Source: Candidatus Acetocimmeria pyornia
GTDB lineage: Bacteria > Bacillota > Sulfobacillia > UBA3575
Reading direction: 5' to 3'
Assembly (NCBI GenBank): GCA_004367365.1
Contig: SESX01000002.1
Coordinates: 1 to 46,164 of the forward strand
DNA length: 46,164 nt
The notes beneath the pieces were generated by a model, which ran no database searches, was not told where the DNA came from, and was given only the letters and a program-made list of their open reading frames with translations. Shown in pieces: positions 8,962-16,695 of the stretch. Made by a program: the position numbers and the translations under genes. Positions within the stretch are counted from its first letter, which is position 1. Each line of letters starts with the position of its first letter.

Positions 8962-9066
8962 CCTGTTTCTTGGGTTATGCCGGCAGGGGACTCGGGCAGT
9001 GACGGTTTTGTAAACACCGCGGATTAAGTTCAGGAGCAGGCCTGGCCTGGGATAGGAATCCGGCAG

Positions 9067-9092
9067 GCGGCGGACGGGTACCGCCGCTTTTT
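9067..9092 (+). terminator. Rho-independent terminator after murA
   Basis: Stem gcggcgg / ccgccgc, loop acgggta, then TTTTT. Confidence 0.8.
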
Positions 9093-9111
9093 ATCTTGCT
9101 TTACTCCTTCT

Positions 9112-9186
9112 ACGAAAATGCTGGTTCCACCCTGGATTTTCATTCTTCGTGGTGCCACCGTACCGTCAGGCAGCATGGAGCACTCC
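9112..9186 (+). repeat. Head copy of the intergenic repeat family
   Basis: acgaaaatGCTGGTTccaccCTGGATTTTCATtCTtCGTGGTGCCaCC...CATGGAGCACT aligns with the reverse complement of 961-1010 and with 20881-20935. Confidence 0.5.
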
Positions 9187-9253
9187 TTAGTGGCTTGTTA
9201 AGAGTCTTCATGGCCCCTGAGAAGCGGTGCCTGGGCCCCCCGTCCAGTGGTAC

Positions 9254-9282
9254 TTGAGATCACCGGCCGGCACTGGTACAAT
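9254..9282 (+). promoter_or_regulatory. Sigma-A-type promoter TTGAGA-N17-TACAAT with TG extension
   Basis: Read directly. It would give a 5' UTR of about 210 nt for the protease gene at 9501. Confidence 0.5.
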
Positions 9283-9500
9283 GTACTTGCCTGCAACCGG
9301 CCTGAACTACCAGTGCTCCACGGTGGCAGTGACCATGGAACCCTGGTGCTCCGGGTTGGTCCGGAAGGTGACTCGGTTAAGCACTGGACCGAAAGTCGTG
9401 CAGGGTAAAGAAAAGGGCAAAGGGAAGAACCGGGGCCGGGCGGGAGACCGGCTTTTCGGAATGGTACCTAGAACGAATCCAGGAAGGAGGCACAAGGTCC

Positions 9501-10631
9501 ATGAGCTATTTTTACGAGCCTCCCCGGCCGCAGCGGCCGCCGTTATGGTCGTATTTACTCGTGGCCTTCATCGGGGCGCTGATCGGGGGGACGTTAGTGG
9601 TGTTGGTCGCTCCCTGGGTGGTCCAGCCGGAGGTTCAACCACCTGCCGGGATCCCTGGCCCCCAGCAGGATGCAGAAAGAGGCAAGGCACCAGACCTTGC
9701 CAGGACAGCAATTACCGAGGCTGTTGACAAGGTGTCTCCTTCTGTGGTCGGTATTATCAACCGCCGCCGTGTCTATGATTTCTTCGGCCGGCCCCTGGAG
9801 AAGGTGAGCGGTGGTTCCGGGGTGATCTTTTCTTCTGATGGTTACATCATCACCAACAACCATGTGATCGAGAACAGTGACGAGCTAACCGTGCTCCTGG
9901 CCGACGGAAGGAAGCTCTCCGCCGAGCTGGTGGGGGCTGATGCCCGGACCGACCTGGCGGTGGTCAAGGTCGACGCCAAGAACCTGCCTGTCCCCGAGTT
10001 CGGGGATTCAGACAAGCTCAAGGTGGGGGAGTGGGCGGTGGCCATTGGTAACCCGGTGGACTTCCGGTTTGAGCGTTCGGCTACCGCAGGGATCATCAGC
10101 GGCCTCAACCGCCGGCTCGCTTACACCGAGCAGGAACTCCGCCTGATCCAAACCGATGCTGCCATCAATCCAGGTAACAGTGGGGGTCCACTGGTCAACG
10201 CCCGGGGGGAGGTCATCGGGATCAACTCGGTGAAGCTGGCCACCGAGGAAATTGAAGGGATGGGGTTTGCGATACCCATTAATACGGTCCGGCCCGTGGT
10301 CAGCGACCTGATCGAGTTCGGCCGGGTAAGAAGACCGTGGATGGGTGTCTGGGTGGTGGATAAGGAAGAGGCAGAAGCTGCCTTTGACCTCAAGATCGAA
10401 AGGGGTATTCTTATCTACCGGGTTGTTTCTGGTGGGCCGGCAGACCGGGCCGGGTTGAAAGAGAGGGACATCCTGGTCTCTCTCGGAGGGGAAAAGATCG
10501 AGAGCGGCCAAGACCTGCGGCGGGCCATCCGCAAGCACGATGTTGGTGACAAAGTAGAGGTCACCGTCCTGCGCAGCGGCAGGAGCATAACCCTCCAGCT
10601 TACCCTTGGCGAGATGCCCCAAGAAGACTGA
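9501..10631 (+). CDS. htrA: HtrA/DegP-family (S1C) serine protease with N-terminal TM and C-terminal PDZ
   Basis: Catalytic motifs TNNHV, DLAVVKV, GNSGGPLV. PDZ-like C-terminus. RBS GGAAGGAGG. Occupies the yyxA/htrC position downstream of the wal genes. Confidence 0.9.
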   Translation: MSYFYEPPRPQRPPLWSYLLVAFIGALIGGTLVVLVAPWVVQPEVQPPAGIPGPQQDAERGKAPDLARTAITEAVDKVSPSVVGIINRRRVYDFFGRPLEKVSGGSGVIFSSDGYIITNNHVIENSDELTVLLADGRKLSAELVGADARTDLAVVKVDAKNLPVPEFGDSDKLKVGEWAVAIGNPVDFRFERSATAGIISGLNRRLAYTEQELRLIQTDAAINPGNSGGPLVNARGEVIGINSVKLATEEIEGMGFAIPINTVRPVVSDLIEFGRVRRPWMGVWVVDKEEAEAAFDLKIERGILIYRVVSGGPADRAGLKERDILVSLGGEKIESGQDLRRAIRKHDVGDKVEVTVLRSGRSITLQLTLGEMPQED

Positions 10632-10681
10632 ACCTGGTCCGGCCTGAATGATATGGATGAGTTTGAAAGCTAGGCTTTAAT

Positions 10682-11161
10682 ATGAAGATTGACATCATCA
10701 CCGTGGGTAAACTGCGGGAAAAACACTTCAAGAAATTGACCGAAGTCTACCTCCACCGCCTGAAACCTTACGCCAAGACCAGGTTGTTGGTGGTGGCAGA
10801 TGAGCCGGTCCCCGCTCGACCATCTGAGGCTGAAAAAGCGGCCGTCCTCCGGCGGGAAGAGAACCGCATCAAACGACACCTGACCACTGACTCCTACCTG
10901 GTGGCCCTGGATGTGGCCGGTAGGTTATATTCCTCGGAAGAGCTGGCCTGCCACCTAGACCAGCTGGTCACGAGGGGTCGAAGCCGGTGGGTTTTTGTCA
11001 TCGGCGGAGCCCTGGGATTGTCTCCAGACCTCTTGAAAAGAGCCAATCTTCGGCTTTCCCTCTCCCCGCTAACCTTCCCACACGAAATGGTACCGGTCCT
11101 GCTCCTGGAACAGCTTTACCGTTCTTTTAAAATAATCCGGGGGGAACCTTACCACAAGTGA
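10682..11161 (+). CDS. rlmH: 23S rRNA (pseudouridine1915-N3)-methyltransferase
   Basis: 159 aa SPOUT protein, MKIDIITVGKLREKHFK ... FVIGGALGLS ... LSLSPLTFPHEM ... EQLYRSFKI. Confidence 0.95.
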   Translation: MKIDIITVGKLREKHFKKLTEVYLHRLKPYAKTRLLVVADEPVPARPSEAEKAAVLRREENRIKRHLTTDSYLVALDVAGRLYSSEELACHLDQLVTRGRSRWVFVIGGALGLSPDLLKRANLRLSLSPLTFPHEMVPVLLLEQLYRSFKIIRGEPYHK

Positions 11162-11551
11162 TGGAGAGCCAAAGAGCTGTGTCAACGGGTTTCGCTCCAG
11201 AGATGGCGAGTGGTCAGGGTACAGCCTGGTATAACGCGTGTCTAGTTCAGCGTCATATTACTTTTTCCTTAGGGTTCATGTCCGAGCCAATTGCGATGCT
11301 CAGAAAAAAAGGTAAATAGGCAGTATTAGGGTGCTTGAGCAAAGACCGGCGGGTTTTCACTCCACTTGCGCGCTCCAGCTGCAAGTGAAAAACAATCTGC
11401 AAAAAGTGTACGGCAGTAGGAAGGGTAAACGCGCGGCTTGATGAAGCCTTTGGGTTTGAGAAGCATTTCAGGGGCTTCTAGCTACCAGGCAATCCCGGAA
11501 TCCGGGACGAGGCTGGCCACTTAGGTCTAAGCAAACACGTGGATGTGGGTT

Positions 11552-11647
11552 ATGAAAAAGATGGACTTGGAAGACCAAGTCGCCCTGATAACAGGAGCCA
11601 GTTCGGGTATTAGTCGAGCCATCGCGCTGGCCATGGATTTGAACTAG
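11552..11647 (+). pseudogene. Remnant of a short-chain dehydrogenase/reductase gene (first about 31 codons only)
   Basis: ATG..TAG encodes MKKMDLEDQVALITGASSGISRAIALAMDLN, the SDR N-terminal Rossmann motif (TGxxxGIG-like), then stops. No continuation in any frame. Confidence 0.5.
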
Positions 11648-11715
11648 TTTTCAACCCGGTGGTACAGGTGGGGAGGCATACATATTCAGTTCATAGCTTA
11701 GGGGGTTAAAGCCAG

Positions 11716-12513
11716 GTGAAAGTGGACCCAAAGAAATGTGTTGGATGTGGCAACTGTGTTCCTGTTTGCACCATGGGGGCTATCCATGTTAATGGTGTGG
11801 CTGAAGTTAACGAAGACGAATGTGTTGAGTGTGGGACCTGCCGAAGGTTCCTCAGGATTGAAGGGCTTAATCCCACCTTTGTGCGTCTGGTCAGAGCCGT
11901 TCTTGCCGCCTTCAGGTTGCAGTACCGGGCGCCCCTCGATGTTTGCCCAACTGGTGCCCTCTACCAGCCAGACCTGACCTGGCCGAGAATTGTCCGGAAA
12001 AGCTTCAGCGATCCCACGACGGTCCACGCTGAAACCGGGATTGGGGGCCGTGGCACCGAGGAAATCAAGACCAACGATGTAACGGGCCGTCTGGGGCCCG
12101 GAGAGGTGGGTATAGTTGTGGAGCTCGGAAGACCAGGTCTGGGAGTTCGGTTTAAGGAACTCCAGCGGTTCTCCATGGCCCTGGCTGAAATAGGGGCGGT
12201 GTTTGAAAAAAACAACCCGGTTACCCACCTAATGACAGACCCCAACACCGGCCAACTGAAGGAGGACGTACTGGAAGAGAAGGTCTACTCGGCCATTATC
12301 GAAATGAAGACCACCGTTGAACGGGTTCCCGAGTTCCTGTCTGTCATCAACAGAGTTGGGAAGTCTTCACCTACTGTATTTGGGATTGCCATTTCGGCCA
12401 AGTGTGGCCCGAATGGGGAAATACCCTATATCGAAGCCGTGGCAGAGGCTGGTTATGAACTCTCCCTGAACGGCAAGACCAACCTGGGCCTGGGCCGGCG
12501 AGCCAACCCTTAA
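11716..12513 (+). CDS. 4Fe-4S dicluster-domain protein with an uncharacterised C-terminal domain of about 190 aa
   Basis: CVGCGNCVPVC and CVECGTCRRF ferredoxin motifs at the N-terminus. I do not recognise the rest. Confidence 0.8.
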   Translation: MKVDPKKCVGCGNCVPVCTMGAIHVNGVAEVNEDECVECGTCRRFLRIEGLNPTFVRLVRAVLAAFRLQYRAPLDVCPTGALYQPDLTWPRIVRKSFSDPTTVHAETGIGGRGTEEIKTNDVTGRLGPGEVGIVVELGRPGLGVRFKELQRFSMALAEIGAVFEKNNPVTHLMTDPNTGQLKEDVLEEKVYSAIIEMKTTVERVPEFLSVINRVGKSSPTVFGIAISAKCGPNGEIPYIEAVAEAGYELSLNGKTNLGLGRRANP

Positions 12514-12528
12514 AAGGAGGAGGATCCA

Positions 12529-13167
12529 GTGACCAATACCTTGTACCGGCAGGGAACACGCGAGAATCTTAAAGGGGATTACGTCCTTTTTGTACACCCG
12601 GCGAAAGGGTATAACAGCGAAGGTTGTGAACCCAAACTCCAGCAGTTTCTTAAAATCTGTCTCAAGTACAATCCCGTCAACATTGGTTCGGAAGCTGACC
12701 TAAAAAAACCCGGGGTGCCCAGGACATTTGAGGAAAAGGTTGAGAGTGTGATGAACACTGGGGCGGCGGCTGCTGTCTTTGACAACCTGGACTCCCTCAA
12801 GAAGGCCTTGAAAGAAGTGAAGGAGGCCGACTTGGGAATATCCACTATCATTACCGGCCTTATTGATGAAGTTGACCAGGTCTGCCGGGAGGCCGGGATT
12901 ACCCGGCACAGTGTTGAACACCACCTGGGTTTTCATGGCAACACCCGCCGCCTGGCCCCACAAAGGGTGTTAGAAATCAATTCCATGTGTGGGCATGGTT
13001 GTGTTTCCTTTAAGCTAGTTTCCAAGATGATCGAGCAGGTCAAGCTGGGCTTGATCACCCCCAAGAAGGCGGCCCAGTTGCTGGCTAAGCCTTGCACGTG
13101 CGGTGTGTTCAACCCCGCCCGGGCTGAAATCCTCCTGGAAGAAGCAAGGGAGAAGGGTGAGAATTAA
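12529..13167 (+). CDS. Hypothetical protein with C-terminal Cys motifs (CGHGC ... CTCG)
   Basis: Very strong RBS AAAGGAGGAGG 5 nt before the GTG. 15 nt after the preceding stop. Coding-like composition. Family not recognised. Confidence 0.75.
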   Translation: MTNTLYRQGTRENLKGDYVLFVHPAKGYNSEGCEPKLQQFLKICLKYNPVNIGSEADLKKPGVPRTFEEKVESVMNTGAAAAVFDNLDSLKKALKEVKEADLGISTIITGLIDEVDQVCREAGITRHSVEHHLGFHGNTRRLAPQRVLEINSMCGHGCVSFKLVSKMIEQVKLGLITPKKAAQLLAKPCTCGVFNPARAEILLEEAREKGEN

Positions 13168-13304
13168 CCTCTAATGGACTTTGGGGACATGGTTATGCCG
13201 GTAGTTTATCACTCAATGTCTTCCATGGTTGTCAGTCCTTCTTGAACCATTGTATCCAGTTTGGGGAGCGGTGGGGAAGGTTCGAAAAGGAGGAAGGACT
13301 TGGA

Positions 13305-13775
13305 ATGATTACGTGTGAGATTCCCGGCCAGGGAGTTTTGGAACTGGGGAATCTTGTCCTGGATTTTAATGGGACTTTGGCCGTGGACGGGAGCCTTACG
13401 CCTGGGGTGTGGGGCCGGGTTAACGAGCTGGCAGAAAAATTAGAGGTCTATATCTTTACCGCCGACACCTTTGGTACGGCTGCGGCGGCGTGCCAGGGTT
13501 TGCAGGCTGAACTAGTAACCTCAGCAGGGGATGCAGTGGGGCCGGAGAAAGAAAGGTTTGTCCTTGAGCTCGGGGTAGAAAACACGGTGGCCATAGGTAA
13601 CGGGGTCAATGACCACCTGATGCTGAAAAGGGCGGCCCTGGGGATAGCCGTCCTAGGGCGTGAGGGGGCTGCTGTGGCGACCCTGATGGCGGCAGACATC
13701 GTCGTCCCTGGTATTAACGATGCCCTGGACATCCTCCTGAAACCAAGACGCCTGACTGCGACCCTGAGAATCTGA
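13305..13775 (+). CDS. Small HAD-superfamily hydrolase (soluble P-type-ATPase-like)
   Basis: RBS GGAGGAAGG before ATG 13305. HAD motifs LVLDFNGTLA (motif I-like), FTADT, GNGVNDHLMLKRA (motif IV). About 156 aa. Confidence 0.75.
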   Translation: MITCEIPGQGVLELGNLVLDFNGTLAVDGSLTPGVWGRVNELAEKLEVYIFTADTFGTAAAACQGLQAELVTSAGDAVGPEKERFVLELGVENTVAIGNGVNDHLMLKRAALGIAVLGREGAAVATLMAADIVVPGINDALDILLKPRRLTATLRI

Positions 13776-13970
13776 ACGGGAAGGATTATTGCTTTCGGTG
13801 GCGAATTTGAACACCAATACCTGGATTCCCCCCCGGTACCAACGGTAACGGAGAAGTGCCATAGACTGGTTCAGCCGGGGAGGGGGAGGTCCGGGAAAGG
13901 AACATATTAACCTCACGAAAACGGTTATCTAACGGCCGGCGGACGGCTTTCATGAGGTCGTGTCCGAGAC

Positions 13971-14000
13971 GCGCGTGGTGTAAACCACGCGCTTTGTTTA
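13971..14000 (+). terminator. Strong hairpin plus T-rich tail, 30 nt upstream of the aminotransferase start
   Basis: Stem gcgcgtggt / accacgcgc, loop gtaa, then tttgttta. Confidence 0.7.
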
Positions 14001-14030
14001 AAGCTAAGTTTAAGGCCAAGTAAAGTTTCA

Positions 14031-15239
14031 ATGGAGATGATGCCCGTGCAAGAGATTCGCATTGCCAAACGGATTACCAGGCTTCCCAAGCACTTTTTCT
14101 CTGACCTGGTGGGTAGAGTAGACCGTCTTCTAGCTGAAGGAAAGGACCTCATTGACCTGGGACGGGGCAATCCAGACATACCGACCCCACCCCATATTGT
14201 CGAGGAGTTGTGCCAGGCAGTGCAGGACCCCAGGACGCACCGCTACGGCCCCTTCCCCGGGCTTCCCGAACTGCGGGAGGCCATTGCCCACTGGTACGCA
14301 CAACGCTACGGGGTGAAGCTTGACCCAGGGCGCGAGGTGGCTGTTCTCTTTGGCTCCAAGGTAGGGCTTTACGAGGTAAGTTACTGTCTTCTGGAAAGCG
14401 GGGATCTTTGCCTGGTACCAGACCCCGGCTACCCTGACTACTGGTCAGGTATTGCCATGGTGGGGGCCAAGCAGGTGGGGATGCCCCTGCTTGCGGAAAA
14501 CAACTTCTTCCCCCGTTACGAGGATCTGCCGCGTGATGTTGCCCGCGCGGCCAAACTGATGTTTCTCAACTACCCCGGAAACCCGACCACCACCCTGGCT
14601 ACCAGGGAGTTTTTCGAGGAAACGGTAAGGTTTGCCCGGGACAACGAGATCATTGTTGCCCACGATGCTGCCTACCAGGCCCTTATTTTTGACGGGCGGC
14701 AGAATCCCAGTTTCCTGGAGGTAGAGGGGGCAAAAGAGGTCGGTGTCGAATTCTGTTCTCTGTCCAAGACCTTCAGCATGGCTGGATGGCGGGTCGGTTT
14801 TGTCCTCGGGAATGCCGAAATCATCAGGGCGATAACCATCCTCCAGAACCACCTTTTTGCCGGCCTCTTTCCAGCGGTCCAGCGGGCGGCCGTCGCTGCC
14901 TTGACCGGGCCGCAGGACTGTATCGCCGAGATGGTGCGCGTCTACCAGTCCCGGCGGGATACCTTCATCGAGGGACTCCGTGAGATCGGCTGGAATGTTC
15001 CCAAGCCGGGCGGCTCCTTTTTCTGCTGGCTACCCATCCCTGCTGGCTACTCCTCCCTGGAGCTGGCCAACCTTTTCCTTGAAAAAGCGGGGGTAGTGGT
15101 TGCTCCAGGGGTGGGGTTCGGGCCCCACGGCGAAGGTTATGTCCGGGCCGGGCTCCTTACCGATGAGGACACCCTCCGGGAGGCAGCCAGGCGGATCGGT
15201 GAACTCGGGATCTTTGGCCAGGAACGGAGTACGGCTTGA
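14031..15239 (+). CDS. PLP-dependent class I/II aminotransferase
   Basis: GRGNPDIPTP, NYPGNPT, SLSKTFSMAGWRVGF (PLP-lysine motif). 402 aa. Confidence 0.9.
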   Translation: MEMMPVQEIRIAKRITRLPKHFFSDLVGRVDRLLAEGKDLIDLGRGNPDIPTPPHIVEELCQAVQDPRTHRYGPFPGLPELREAIAHWYAQRYGVKLDPGREVAVLFGSKVGLYEVSYCLLESGDLCLVPDPGYPDYWSGIAMVGAKQVGMPLLAENNFFPRYEDLPRDVARAAKLMFLNYPGNPTTTLATREFFEETVRFARDNEIIVAHDAAYQALIFDGRQNPSFLEVEGAKEVGVEFCSLSKTFSMAGWRVGFVLGNAEIIRAITILQNHLFAGLFPAVQRAAVAALTGPQDCIAEMVRVYQSRRDTFIEGLREIGWNVPKPGGSFFCWLPIPAGYSSLELANLFLEKAGVVVAPGVGFGPHGEGYVRAGLLTDEDTLREAARRIGELGIFGQERSTA

Positions 15240-15326
15240 GGAGTATCTTCCTTGTGCAAGACCTTGACCCGGTTGTGAAGCGGCTGCCCCTTTCTTGGGG
15301 CAGCCGGAGCGAGAGGGGGTTTTGTA

Positions 15327-16670
15327 ATGGATATCCTCTTGGTGACCCCACCACGCACCAGGCGCCAGGTAGTGGAAGAAACCGGTGAGAACCTGGGGGT
15401 TTCCTACCTTGCTGCCGTGCTGCGGCAAAAGGGGCACAGGGTGAAGATCCTGGACGCCGACCTGGAGGGCTTGAAGGTCGACGAACTCGCCCGCAGGATT
15501 ACCACCACCTCCTTTGATGTCTTGGGCCTTTCGGTTATCTTTGCCTCCATGGTGGAACCGGCCCGGGCCCTGGTGGGGCGGTTAAAGGATAAGGACCGGT
15601 ATCCCATTGTGGCTGGGGGTCACGTGCCCAGCCTTTCCTACCGGGCCTTCATGGCAGACCTTCCGGATGTCGACTACGTGGTCCGCGGTGAGGGGGAGAT
15701 TACCTTTTTAAAATTGGTGGAAGGGCTGGACCGGGGAGAGGCACCAGGGGAAATCCCCGGTATTGCCTACCGCCGGGAGGGGGAAGTACATACTACCACG
15801 GGCCGGTCCCTGGTCTCGGACCTGGACTTACTTCCACCCCCTGCCCGGGATACCCTGGGCCTTGCCCTCAAAGGGCCCAGGCCGGCGGCTACCCTGCTCT
15901 CTTCCCGGGGTTGTTACGGGGACTGTTCCTTTTGCAGTATTAATGCCTTCTACCGCCTTTCGGAAGGTCCCAGGTGGCGGGCCCACAGCCCCGGGCGGGT
16001 GGTCGACGAGATGGAAAAGCTGCACAAGGACTGGGGCCTCACCGCGGTGCGTTTCAGTGACGACAACTTCATCGGCCCTGGCCGCCGCGGGCGGGAGCGG
16101 GCTGAAGCCATCGCCCGGGAGTTGGTCCGGCGCCGTCTCCGGCTGGATTTTACCATTTCCTGCCGGGCCGACGACATTGAACCTGACCTTTTTTTGCTCT
16201 TGAAGGAAGCCGGCTTGAAACAGGTTTTTCTGGGCATTGAATCCGGGGTCCAGAGGGCCTTGGATAGTTTTAACAAAAAGGTTTCAGTCCAACAGAACCG
16301 CCGGGCGGTAGAAATCCTGGATGAACTCGGCCTGGACCGGGTGATCGGGTTCATCCTCTTTGACCCGGATACCACCCTGGACGAGTTTGTCCGGAACGTG
16401 GATTTCATGCAGGAGATCGGCCTTTCCTGGCAGAGCTTAAACTCCCGCCTGGATGTCATGAACCGCCTGGAGGTTTACGACGGGACCCCGGTGGCCGAAC
16501 GCCTCCGCCGGGAGGGGCGGCTCCAGGGAACCTACACCAATTACTCTTACCGGATCACTGATGTCCGGGTAGAGGCCATTTACCGGCTCCTGACCACCTG
16601 CCAAAAGGGTGCCTTTGCCGCCAAGGGTCTCTTCAGGCGCCTGGTTTCCGGGACAGGTCTGGGGCCTTGA
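15327..16670 (+). CDS. B12-binding-domain radical SAM protein
   Basis: N-terminal cobalamin-binding-like domain (ILLVTPP ... LGLSVIF) followed by SRGCYGDCSFCS (CxxxCxxC). 447 aa. Confidence 0.9.
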   Translation: MDILLVTPPRTRRQVVEETGENLGVSYLAAVLRQKGHRVKILDADLEGLKVDELARRITTTSFDVLGLSVIFASMVEPARALVGRLKDKDRYPIVAGGHVPSLSYRAFMADLPDVDYVVRGEGEITFLKLVEGLDRGEAPGEIPGIAYRREGEVHTTTGRSLVSDLDLLPPPARDTLGLALKGPRPAATLLSSRGCYGDCSFCSINAFYRLSEGPRWRAHSPGRVVDEMEKLHKDWGLTAVRFSDDNFIGPGRRGRERAEAIARELVRRRLRLDFTISCRADDIEPDLFLLLKEAGLKQVFLGIESGVQRALDSFNKKVSVQQNRRAVEILDELGLDRVIGFILFDPDTTLDEFVRNVDFMQEIGLSWQSLNSRLDVMNRLEVYDGTPVAERLRREGRLQGTYTNYSYRITDVRVEAIYRLLTTCQKGAFAAKGLFRRLVSGTGLGP

Positions 16671-16695
16671 GGCGAGGAGCTGATGGTTGCAGATC

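Noticed and set aside
11353-11393. 41-nt imperfect palindrome GTTTTCACTCCACTTGCGCGCTCCAGCTGCAAGTGAAAAAC that superficially resembles a CRISPR repeat.
   Set aside because: It is a single copy with no spacer-repeat periodicity anywhere in the window and no cas genes.
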